Origin: Longimicrobiales bacterium
Lineage (GTDB): Bacteria > Gemmatimonadota > Gemmatimonadetes > Longimicrobiales > Gaopeijiaceae
Direction of reading: 5' to 3'
Assembly: GCA_965249725.1 (NCBI GenBank)
Contig: CBDFMQ010000002.1
Span: forward strand, 2,208,001-2,272,000
Length of the DNA stretch: 64,000 nt
The position numbers were made by a program, and so were the translations under genes. Below are positions 48,731 through 57,772 of the stretch, piece by piece. Each line of letters begins with the position of its first letter. Position 1 is the first letter of the stretch. The notes beneath the pieces are model-generated. The model was not told where the DNA came from and searched no databases. It was given only the letters and a program-made list of their open reading frames with translations.

Positions 48731-49774
48731 CTACCTTCGTACGAGCGTCGCGTCCCGTATGGCCTCCCGGACCTGGCTCGTCATTCCCGCCGCACCGATC
48801 GCCAGCCACAGGCCCTCGACGAGCTGCCCGTCGACCAGTCCCGCCGTGCGGGTGGACAGACCTTCGGCGGCCCGGAAAGCGTCCACCGCCTCCACCAGAT
48901 CGGCCGTATAGCTCTGCGCGGCGCCGTCCAGCGCGATTTCGTCCACCTCGGGCCGGTACTGGCCAATCGCATGGAGCATCACACGGAGTTGCCACACGTC
49001 GTTACCCGCGAATCGCCGGAGTTCTCGATAGCCCAAGGTCTGCGAGATGGAGTTCCACACCCTTCGGAGTTCGGCGACCGGCCTGGGGTGCTCACACACG
49101 TTGATGTCCGTCGTGACCTGGTCCGGTCGTCGCGAATTGCCGGGACGCGGATCCGCCACCACAACGGCCGCCGACTGCAGACGCCCGGATCGGCTGTCAC
49201 CACCCAGCGCCTGGCCGGCTGCCAAAGCCTCGATCAAGCGATCCGAAAGGTGTCGGCCTGAACCCTCGGTGGCCTCGAAGCTCCGAGCGACGACCTCGAC
49301 CACCTCCGGACCTACGAGGATGTTGCCTTGCGTCACGTAGTTCGGTCCGTCACGGTGTCCCGCCCAGTAGCTGGGACCCGTTCCGGTGTGTTGGGCTCGA
49401 GAGCCGTCCAGCGAGATGACTCCCACCTGCCGTCGGGCTGATCCTGTGTCGGCGGCCACCGCTCGGGCCAACGCGGCGTCGGCACTCATACCGTCCTCGA
49501 TCATGTCCAGGAGCTCGTTCCCGTACGCCACCCTCGTGCTGGCCTGAGTCGCCACGGCGCCGACACCGGCCCGCACCCAGGGGACTCCGTTCCCCACGCA
49601 CGGAACGCGGGTGGTGACCGCCACGCCAGACTCGCCCGTCTCAGGATCGATCGCGGCGATCGAGAACGTGGCGAAGTAGAGGTCGGGACCCCACTCGACC
49701 GGCTCCTGCGCGGCGGCAGAGCCTGCTGCAAGGAGTCCGAACAGCAGGATCGGGCAAGGCGAGCTACGGAACAT
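48731..49774 (-). CDS. DUF1028 (Ntn-hydrolase-like) protein with a C-terminal peptidoglycan-binding-like domain
   Basis: TFSIAAIDP, GVGAVATQA, QGNIL, GGDSR...QSAA; AVDAFRAAEGL...GLVD. Confidence 0.85.
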   Translation of the reverse strand: MFRSSPCPILLFGLLAAGSAAAQEPVEWGPDLYFATFSIAAIDPETGESGVAVTTRVPCVGNGVPWVRAGVGAVATQASTRVAYGNELLDMIEDGMSADAALARAVAADTGSARRQVGVISLDGSRAQHTGTGPSYWAGHRDGPNYVTQGNILVGPEVVEVVARSFEATEGSGRHLSDRLIEALAAGQALGGDSRSGRLQSAAVVVADPRPGNSRRPDQVTTDINVCEHPRPVAELRRVWNSISQTLGYRELRRFAGNDVWQLRVMLHAIGQYRPEVDEIALDGAAQSYTADLVEAVDAFRAAEGLSTRTAGLVDGQLVEGLWLAIGAAGMTSQVREAIRDATLVRR

Positions 49775-49975
49775 GGCATCCCCCTCAGTGGCTTCCGGCC
49801 GCCGATACGCAGAGACGACCGGCGTCGAGATCGTGGACAACTTCTCGGGACCGTGGGCGGAACGCCAGGGCCCCGCGGGCGTCCGACACGGGAGTGAGAA
49901 GACCGTTCAAAGCCCAGACGCAATGCGGGGTCCCACCTCCTGAGGAGGCAGGACCCTCTGAGTCGCTCCTCCCAG

Positions 49976-52654
49976 CTAGTCGACCTTGAGAACCTTGATC
50001 GGATCGACCCGCGTCGCTCGAATCGCGGGCACCATGCTCGCGGCCAGGGCTGCAGCTGCCATGACGCCGGCCGTCAGGAGGAACGTGACGGGGTCGGCGG
50101 CTCGAACACCGAACAACAGGCCCTCCATGAGTCGTGTCGCCGCCAGAGCCCCAATCGCCCCCAACACGATTCCTAAGATGGCTAGCCGCAGGCTCCAGCG
50201 CAGGACGAGGCCGTGGATCGAACTCCCGCCGGCCCCGAGAGCGATACGAATGCCCATTTCGCGGAGTCTGGTGCTAACGGTGTACGAGACCACCCCATAC
50301 AGCCCTACCACGGACAGCAGAAGCGCAACTACGGCGAAGCCGGTCAGGAGTGTGGTCGTGAAGCGATCCGTGGCGAGCGACTGCCCGACCCAGTCGTTCA
50401 TGGGCTGAAGCCGAGCCACGGCCATGGACGGGTCGATCGCCGCCACCTCACGCCGGACGGCACCCATGATCGAGGCGGGCTCGATCGCGGTTCGCACGAC
50501 GGTGAACATGCGGCCGGACGAGACCTGGTAGAACGGCACATACATGGCGTTCCGACTCTCGGCTCGGATCCCGAAGTTCTTAATGTCACCGACAACGCCC
50601 ACGATCTCCCGCCAGATGGGGTCCGCGGGGTTGCTCACGTTGATTCGCTTGCCTACCGCTTCTCCACCGTAGAAGTCGTCGGCCAGAGTCTGGTTGACGA
50701 TGACGATCTGTGGCTGATCGTCGGTATCGACGACGCTGAACTCACGCCCGGCCACGACCTCCAGACCCATGGCATCGAAATAGTCCGGCGTGATGCGTCG
50801 GAACCAGACGGCGTTCTCCTGCCCCGGCTCCGGTATGGGATCCCCCTCGACGTAAAACGTCACATCGCCGTCTTGTCCCGCCAGCGGCAGGTTCGTGATG
50901 GAGCCTACGGCCTCCACGCCCGGGATCGCTGCGAGCCGTTCCTCGAGGGGACGCATGAAGGTGTACCGCGACGCAGCGTCCGGATATCGGACCCCCGGCA
51001 TCTGGGTTTGCAGCGTCAGCACTCCGTCGGGCTCGAAGCCGAGGTCCACGTTCTGCAGATTCTGAAAGCTGCGGATGAGTAGACCGGCGCCCACCAGCAG
51101 AACTAGGGCAAGCGCGACCTGTCCCGTCACCAGGGAGTTCCTCATGCGACCCGACCGGAATCCAGACGCGCCCCTCCCTCCTTCGCGCAGCGTCGTGGCA
51201 GGATCAGCACGCGAAGCACGCAAGGCAGGAAATGCACCGAAGAACAGCCCCGCCAACGCCGTGGCCACTGCCGCAAACGCGAGGATTCTCCCATCGACCG
51301 CGACCTCGTCGATGCGAGGGGTCCCCGCCGGTGCCAGCCCGACGAGTGCGTCGGTGCCGACAAACGCGAGGCCGACGCCGATCACTCCGCCTAGAACCGC
51401 CATCAGGAGACTCTCGGTGAGGAGCTGGTTCAGGATGCGCCTGCGCCCAGCCCCGATGGCCACTCTCACCGCGAGTTCACTGCTTCGAGCGGCACCACGA
51501 GCCAGCAGCAGGTTGGCGACGTTCACGCAGGCGATCAGAAGCACGAGGCCGACCGCTCCCAACAGGACCCACAGCGCCGAGCTGGCCTGATGCACCAGAT
51601 CGAAACGCAGCGGATAGACGTTGTAGCCGACCCCGGTGTTCGCGTCGGGATACTCCTCCTCGAGCCGACTTCCGAGCTCGGTGGCTTGAGAGCGAGCGAG
51701 TTCCAGGGTCGCCGCTGATGCCAGACGTCCGACCGAGCGGAGGAACGCGGAACCACGCCCGCCCCCGTTGCTCCTGTCGAATTGCATCAAAGTCCAAACG
51801 TCGGTCCCGAGGAACGACGGTGGGCTGAAACTCGCAGGCATGACGCCGACGACCGTGAATGGGCGGCCGCCGAGCAGCACGTCCGACCCGACCACGGAGG
51901 GATCCCCTCCAAAGGCTCGCTTCCAGAATCCATCGCTCAGCAGTGCCACGGCCGGGCCATCCGGTTCATCCTCCTCCGGAAGGAAGCCTCGGCCCATGGC
52001 CGGAGCCACGGCAAACACCTCGGAGAACATCCCGTAGCTGAACATCGCGCCACTCAGCTGCTCGGCGTCGCCGGCGCCCGTCAGTGTGGGACCCCACCCC
52101 ATGAACGTCGACGCGGCGCCGACGGCGGTCACCTCGTCTCTGAAGTCAGCGAAGTTCGGCCATGACAGCCACTCGCGTCGCAGGTCGGGAAGGACTACGT
52201 CGCGTCGCGTGTAGTCCGCCCAGATCATCACGAGCTCATCAGGCTGCTCATACGCCAGGGGACGTAGCAAAATGCCGTCGACGACGCTGAAGATCGCCGT
52301 TGTGGAGCCGATACCCAACGCAATCGTGAGCATCGCGACTACACTGAACACCGGATTTCGGAGAAGTTGACGCGCCGCAAAGCCCACGTCTCTCCCGACG
52401 TTGTCGATCAGGTCACTCTTCCCCGCCGCTCTCGCCTTCTTCTTCATCATCTCCTCCACGTCTTCACGAACCTTCTCGATATCGCCGAACCGACGCTGCG
52501 CCGCCTCCCGTGCGTCCGGAGGTGGCATTCCTTCCGACTCGTACCGCTCGGAACGCATCTCCAGGTGGAACTGAAGCTCCTCATCGACCTCCTGGCGGAT
52601 GCCGTCCTTTTTGAACGGGAGTCGGAAGAAGCGGCGACGGGGGCGCTCGCTCAC
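49976..52654 (-). CDS. Duplicated MacB/FtsX-type ABC permease (ADOP-like)
   Basis: EVDEELQFHLE N-terminal prefix; LLIACVNVANLLLAR; RATRVDP; overlaps the padR stop. Confidence 0.92.
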   Translation of the reverse strand: MSERPRRRFFRLPFKKDGIRQEVDEELQFHLEMRSERYESEGMPPPDAREAAQRRFGDIEKVREDVEEMMKKKARAAGKSDLIDNVGRDVGFAARQLLRNPVFSVVAMLTIALGIGSTTAIFSVVDGILLRPLAYEQPDELVMIWADYTRRDVVLPDLRREWLSWPNFADFRDEVTAVGAASTFMGWGPTLTGAGDAEQLSGAMFSYGMFSEVFAVAPAMGRGFLPEEDEPDGPAVALLSDGFWKRAFGGDPSVVGSDVLLGGRPFTVVGVMPASFSPPSFLGTDVWTLMQFDRSNGGGRGSAFLRSVGRLASAATLELARSQATELGSRLEEEYPDANTGVGYNVYPLRFDLVHQASSALWVLLGAVGLVLLIACVNVANLLLARGAARSSELAVRVAIGAGRRRILNQLLTESLLMAVLGGVIGVGLAFVGTDALVGLAPAGTPRIDEVAVDGRILAFAAVATALAGLFFGAFPALRASRADPATTLREGGRGASGFRSGRMRNSLVTGQVALALVLLVGAGLLIRSFQNLQNVDLGFEPDGVLTLQTQMPGVRYPDAASRYTFMRPLEERLAAIPGVEAVGSITNLPLAGQDGDVTFYVEGDPIPEPGQENAVWFRRITPDYFDAMGLEVVAGREFSVVDTDDQPQIVIVNQTLADDFYGGEAVGKRINVSNPADPIWREIVGVVGDIKNFGIRAESRNAMYVPFYQVSSGRMFTVVRTAIEPASIMGAVRREVAAIDPSMAVARLQPMNDWVGQSLATDRFTTTLLTGFAVVALLLSVVGLYGVVSYTVSTRLREMGIRIALGAGGSSIHGLVLRWSLRLAILGIVLGAIGALAATRLMEGLLFGVRAADPVTFLLTAGVMAAAALAASMVPAIRATRVDPIKVLKVD

Positions 52655-53010
52655 CGGGAGGGAGCCTCCATTGCCAGAGCCCTGCCCACGGCAGCCGTGA
52701 AGCGACTCCACGAATCGGCCTCGCGCTCGAGGTGCCGGGAGCCGTCACGGGTCCGCTCGTAGTACTTGGCCCGACGGTTGTTCTGGGACAGACCCCACTC
52801 CGACTCGATCCAGCCTTTCGCTTCGAGGCGGTGAAGAGCGGGATACAGAGTGCCCTCCTCCATGAGGAGCGTCTCGTCCGTGACGGTCTCGATCCACTCA
52901 CTGATCCCGTAACCGTGCTTCGGCTCCCAGGTCAGCGCTTTCAGGATGAGTAGGTCCAACGTTGCGCGTACCAGATTCGGGTTCTGTGTCATCTTCGGGC
53001 TCTCTGCCAT
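52651..53010 (-). CDS. padR: PadR family transcriptional regulator
   Basis: TLDLLILKAL...HGYGI...GTLYPALHRLE...NNRRAKYY. Confidence 0.93.
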   Translation of the reverse strand: MAESPKMTQNPNLVRATLDLLILKALTWEPKHGYGISEWIETVTDETLLMEEGTLYPALHRLEAKGWIESEWGLSQNNRRAKYYERTRDGSRHLEREADSWSRFTAAVGRALAMEAPSR

Positions 53011-53017
53011 CGGTCTC

Positions 53018-53070
53018 CCCTTGTGTGGCCAGGGAAGAAGGTAGGGCCCGACCCCTAGGGAGACAAGGGG
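53018..53070. promoter_or_regulatory. Candidate PadR operators
   Basis: CCCTTG-tgtgg-CCAGGG and CCCCTAG-ggaga-CAAGGGG imperfect inverted repeats upstream of padR. Confidence 0.5.
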
Positions 53071-53240
53071 GCTGCAGGCCCTCCCTCCCGAGCTCGCAGC
53101 GCGACCTCGGTTGCGTATCCCCCGACCGCGGAATAAGACAGAGGCTGTGATTCGTCCTGATGCCACGCCCTCCTCGTGGACCTCGTGATGCCGCCTCTAC
53201 AGGAAGCCGACGCGCCGGTCCTCAAATGGAACGCTTAGGG

Positions 53241-54956
53241 ATGCAGACTGCCGAGACTGAGGCAACGTTGGGTCGCTGGATGGATGCGTTCTTCGCGTCC
53301 TACTACAGCCGACGCCCGGTCAATGCCACGTTCATCGGGGTCCATGATTGGGATCACGAGCTCCCCGACTACTCCGAGGACGGTGCGGGGGACACCATGG
53401 CGGACCTCGAGAACCTCCTGGCCAGGTCGGTGCGGATCGACGTGGACACGCTCTCGACCCATGAGCGCCTCGACCTCCGTCTGGCCCGTGGCTTTCTCGA
53501 GACCCAGATCTGGGAAATGGGCTCGGCCCACTTCCATCGGGGGAATCCCAGTCTGTATACCGGCGAGGCCGTGTTCTCCGTGCTGTCTCTCTTCCTCACC
53601 GACTTCGCCCCTTTAGCAGACCGAGTCGAAGCCGCGACGGAGCGGATGCAGGCCATCGGAGGCCTGCTGGATCAGGCCAAGGAGAACGTACGATCGGCCC
53701 CCCTGGATTGGACCGAGCAGGCCCTTGCGGAGTGCACCGGAGCCATCGCTTTCCTGACCGGAGGCGTCGAGGCCCTATGCGCCATGGCACCGATCGAGAC
53801 TCCGAGCTTCATTGCGGCGGCGGAGACCGCGGCGAGCGCGTTTCGGAAGTATCAGTCTCACCTCGACGGCGAGCTGCGGCACAACCCCTCGGCCACATGT
53901 GCCTGTGGGGAAGAGGCCCTCGACCTGTACGTCCGCAAGGGGCACTTCCTCAACCTCGATGTCGATGCCTTCGTCGAGTACGCCGAGTCGGAGATCACCG
54001 CAGCACGGACCTACCTGGACGAGCATGCAGGGGACTTCGGCTCGCCCACCACCGATGGCGCGCTCGCGCAGTTGAGCGACGCGCATCCGACGACCGACGA
54101 GTATTACGGACGATATCAAGAGATCTGGGATGCGACCCGCATCAGGGCCGAGGAGCAATCGCTGGTGACCTGGCCCGACTTTCCGATTCGGTATGTGCCC
54201 CGTCCGATCTGGTCTCGCGAAGCGGCCCCTCACCTCTACTTCCTCCACTACCGATCTCCGGCGGCCTTCAACCGGCCCCTGATTCACGACTACCTCGTAC
54301 TCCCCATCGACGGGGCCATGTCTCCAGAGGAGCAGGAGAAGCGGCTTCGGGCGACCAACGACAGCGTGATCAAGTCGAACCACGTGATCCATCACGGCAG
54401 CATCGGACACCATATTCAGAATTGGCACGCGTACCGGGCGGAGTCACGCATCGGCCGCGTCGCATCAGTCGACTGTGCGACGCGCATCGCGATGTTCTGT
54501 GGCGGTACGATGGCCGAGGGGTGGGCGACCTACGCGACCGACCTGATGGCCGAGTTCGGCGGATTGACCCCACTCGAGGAGTACGCACAGCGCCCGGGAC
54601 GCGCCCGGATGTGTGCCCGGGCGGTGGTCGACATCCGGATGCACCAGGGTCGCTTCAGCCTCGATGAAGGAGCCGAGTATTACGAACGCCGTGCGCTGTT
54701 GAACTCGGGGGCGGCCAGGTCTGAGGCTGTGAAGAACAGCATGTTCCCGGGAGCCGCCATCATGTACCTGGCCGGCAACGACGCGATCCACCAGCTCCGC
54801 GCGGAGATGACCCGACTGAGGGGAGACGACTTCGACTTGCGGGCCTTCCACGACGAGTTCCTAATCTACGGCTCGATCCCGGTGTCGCTGATCAGCGCGG
54901 ACATGAAGGCGAAGGCCGGCTTCGAAGCGACCAGCCAGAGTGAGAAGCATGAGTGA
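53241..54956 (+). CDS. DUF885 family protein
   Basis: P..ATFIGVHDWD..LPD, GHHIQ, AEGWATY, YLAG...I...FHD...GSIP. Confidence 0.85.
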   Translation: MQTAETEATLGRWMDAFFASYYSRRPVNATFIGVHDWDHELPDYSEDGAGDTMADLENLLARSVRIDVDTLSTHERLDLRLARGFLETQIWEMGSAHFHRGNPSLYTGEAVFSVLSLFLTDFAPLADRVEAATERMQAIGGLLDQAKENVRSAPLDWTEQALAECTGAIAFLTGGVEALCAMAPIETPSFIAAAETAASAFRKYQSHLDGELRHNPSATCACGEEALDLYVRKGHFLNLDVDAFVEYAESEITAARTYLDEHAGDFGSPTTDGALAQLSDAHPTTDEYYGRYQEIWDATRIRAEEQSLVTWPDFPIRYVPRPIWSREAAPHLYFLHYRSPAAFNRPLIHDYLVLPIDGAMSPEEQEKRLRATNDSVIKSNHVIHHGSIGHHIQNWHAYRAESRIGRVASVDCATRIAMFCGGTMAEGWATYATDLMAEFGGLTPLEEYAQRPGRARMCARAVVDIRMHQGRFSLDEGAEYYERRALLNSGAARSEAVKNSMFPGAAIMYLAGNDAIHQLRAEMTRLRGDDFDLRAFHDEFLIYGSIPVSLISADMKAKAGFEATSQSEKHE

Positions 54957-56124
54957 AAAACTACGTGTCGCAGTGATCGGCGCCGGCCGCTGGTCGACCA
55001 TGTCTCACCTTCCCGGGTTCCAACGCTCTCCCCTGTGTGACCTCGTGACGATTTGCGATCTCGACCGGGAACTCGCCGAGGCCAGAGCCGGCCAATTCGA
55101 GGCCCAGGAGGTCGAGACGGACTACCAAGAGGTCCTGGCCCGAAGCGACATCGACGTGGTGGACATCGTCACTCGTGGAGAGCACGAAGACCTGGTGTTC
55201 GAGGTGCTCGAGGCGGGAAAGCACTGCCTTGTGGAGAAACCCGTGTGCCACCGTTATCAAGACGTATGGCGGGCCCATGAGCTCGCCGAGTCGAAGGGGT
55301 TGAAGACCAAGGTCGGGCTCACCTTCAGGTTCGCTCCGTCAATGTTGTACATGTTCGACCTGATCCAGGAGGGGTTCATCGGTCGGCCGTTCATCTTCAA
55401 CGGCTACGAGCAGAACTCGCAGTGGCTCGATCCGGACAATCCGATCGACAAGCGCATCCACAAGACCAAGCCCGTCGATGAGCCTCCCAGTGGAGAGGAC
55501 CCGACGCGAGAGGGGATCACGGTCTCGTCTCTCGAGGGGTACGGCGCGCCGATCATCGACATCGGGCTGGAGTGTATCGACAGCGACCTGTCACGGGTGT
55601 CCGGCATTCTGTCGAACATGGTCCCTGAGCGCCGCCGCACGAACCTCGACACGGAGCGCGAGCCGATCAACGTCGACGACGCCGACATGTTCATGGCGGA
55701 GGCGGAGAGCGGAGCCATCTTCTCCATTCAGTCCAGCTACGTGACGGTCGGCAACTACCCAGGGATCGAGGCCCGGGTGTATGGGTCGGAGGGAGCCATT
55801 CATGTGCGGCTCGTCGAGGAGTTCGGTGTGATCGAAATCATCCACACGGCGAAGCCGGACGCTGTGGAATTCGTGCAGCAGGAGATTCCCGAGCGGTACT
55901 TCCCTCCCGGACGGCAGCCCGACGATTGGTGGGGGACGGCGTTCTACGGCAACCTCGTCCACAGCTTCCTCGAGGAGATCATCGACCCGAGCAAGAAGAA
56001 CACAGCCAACTTCGCTCAGAGCGCTCGGGTCCAGGAAATCATCAACGCCGTCACGCTCTCCCACCGGGGGCGACGATGGGTAGACCTGCCGCTGGAGAGC
56101 GAGACAGGTAGCGGTCGTCCATGA
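54949..56124 (+). CDS. Gfo/Idh/MocA family oxidoreductase
   Basis: VAVIGAG, AGKHCLVEKP, VDDA. Confidence 0.88.
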   Translation: MSEKLRVAVIGAGRWSTMSHLPGFQRSPLCDLVTICDLDRELAEARAGQFEAQEVETDYQEVLARSDIDVVDIVTRGEHEDLVFEVLEAGKHCLVEKPVCHRYQDVWRAHELAESKGLKTKVGLTFRFAPSMLYMFDLIQEGFIGRPFIFNGYEQNSQWLDPDNPIDKRIHKTKPVDEPPSGEDPTREGITVSSLEGYGAPIIDIGLECIDSDLSRVSGILSNMVPERRRTNLDTEREPINVDDADMFMAEAESGAIFSIQSSYVTVGNYPGIEARVYGSEGAIHVRLVEEFGVIEIIHTAKPDAVEFVQQEIPERYFPPGRQPDDWWGTAFYGNLVHSFLEEIIDPSKKNTANFAQSARVQEIINAVTLSHRGRRWVDLPLESETGSGRP

Positions 56125-56148
56125 TCGTCCTCCGTTCTAGCTCACCAC

Positions 56149-56610
56149 CTACTCGAGTGCCTCCAACAATTGGGACCGCGCTTGCTCTTCGGTGAAAACG
56201 AAGGGCTCGAGAAAGGAGCGCAGGTCCTCGGGCAACGGCTTCGGCCTCATCGTCGAGCGATCCGTGGCACACAAGATCTCGTGGCCAATCGCCGCGAGTT
56301 GCTTCGCACCGAGGTGCAGGACGTCGAAGTTCAAGCGCAACGAAGTCGTTCCGAATTTCGCCACATAGGCCGCGACCCGGAGTTGGTCGTCCAGGCGCGC
56401 CGGATACTTGAAGTCGCACTCCAGATGAACCCGAGGCAGCCACACGTCGAAGCGGTCGAAAACCTCACCGTATGAAAGGCCCGCGGATCGAAACATCTCT
56501 GTCTCCGCGATCTCGAAGAAGCGCACGTAGGCGCCATAGAAGATGATGCCTGCGTGGTCCACATCGGACCACCGAACGTACTCGTCTATCGTGAAGAGTT
56601 TCGTAGTCAT
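56149..56610 (-). CDS. Acyl-CoA thioesterase (4HBT/YbgC hotdog fold)
   Basis: VRWSDVDHAGIIFYGAYVRFFE, PARLDD. Confidence 0.88.
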   Translation of the reverse strand: MTTKLFTIDEYVRWSDVDHAGIIFYGAYVRFFEIAETEMFRSAGLSYGEVFDRFDVWLPRVHLECDFKYPARLDDQLRVAAYVAKFGTTSLRLNFDVLHLGAKQLAAIGHEILCATDRSTMRPKPLPEDLRSFLEPFVFTEEQARSQLLEALE

Positions 56611-56668
56611 GCCGGAACGTAGAGGGCATGGAGCGGTACGACCACCGCCCGATACCTGGAGGCTCCAC

Positions 56669-57679
56669 TTGACGCACGACCCTTCCTCCGCGGTCCCCAT
56701 TGTCGACGTCGGTCCGCTGGTGACCGGGCTGGGCGATCCGTCGGCGGTCGCCGACGCGATCGGGCTGGCATGCCGGGAAAGCGGCTTCTTCTACGTGGTC
56801 GGACACGGGGTCGGCGAGGACCTCCAAGGTCGGCTCGAGACGCTCAGTCACGCCTTCTTCGCCCAAAGCCTCGACGCGAAGCTCGAGATTCGCATGGCCC
56901 TCGCGGGCAAAGCGGGGCGGGGGTACTTCCCGGTCGGTGACGAGTTGACGTCCGGCAGGCCCGACATCAAGGAGGGGCTGTACTTCGGATCGGAGCTGGG
57001 CGAAGACGACGCGAGGGTACGAGCGGGCCTCCCACTGCACGGACCGAACCTCTTCCCCGCCGAGATTCCGGGCTTCGGTGACACCATTCTGGAGTACATG
57101 GCGGCCCTCACGGATCTCGGGCACGCTCTCATGCGGGGTGTGGCCCTCAGCCTCGGACTGGAGCCCGGCTACTTCCGCGACCGCTACATGGCCGACCCCC
57201 TCACCCTGTTCCGCATCTTCCACTACCCACCCGTCACGCTGGACCCCGACGCCGAGGAACAGTGGGGGGTCGGTGAACACACCGACTATGGGGTCCTCAC
57301 CATCCTGCGGCAGGACAACGTGGGAGGGCTCCAGGTGAAGACCGAGGGACGGTGGATCGATGCTCCCCCAGTGCCCGACTCGTTCGTCTGCAACATCGGG
57401 GACATGCTGGACCGCCTGACCCGCGGCCTGTACCGATCGAATCCGCACCGTGTGCAAAACGTCTCCGGACGAAACCGGCTCTCGTTCCCCTTCTTCTTCG
57501 ATCCGGGGTTCGAGGCGCGGGTCGAACCCGTCGACCTCAGTGGGGTCGCAGTGCCCGCGGACGACAAGCAGGAGCGCTGGGACCAGGCCAGCGCACACGA
57601 GTTCGAAGGCACCTACGGGGATTATGTGCTGAGCAAGGTCTCGAAGGTGTTCCCGGAGCTGCGACGCGAGGTGATGTAG
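56669..57679 (+). CDS. Isopenicillin N synthase-family 2OG-Fe(II) oxygenase
   Basis: ACRESGFFYVVGHG, HTDYG, NIGDML, HRV, RLS. Confidence 0.92.
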   Translation: MTHDPSSAVPIVDVGPLVTGLGDPSAVADAIGLACRESGFFYVVGHGVGEDLQGRLETLSHAFFAQSLDAKLEIRMALAGKAGRGYFPVGDELTSGRPDIKEGLYFGSELGEDDARVRAGLPLHGPNLFPAEIPGFGDTILEYMAALTDLGHALMRGVALSLGLEPGYFRDRYMADPLTLFRIFHYPPVTLDPDAEEQWGVGEHTDYGVLTILRQDNVGGLQVKTEGRWIDAPPVPDSFVCNIGDMLDRLTRGLYRSNPHRVQNVSGRNRLSFPFFFDPGFEARVEPVDLSGVAVPADDKQERWDQASAHEFEGTYGDYVLSKVSKVFPELRREVM

Positions 57680-57772
57680 AAAGAGCCGGCTCGCGCGCTT
57701 CGCTTGTTCTCCACATGTTTGTCGCGCAGAGGAATCCCGTTCCGTTGGATGGCACTGTGTGAGCCTGTCGCA

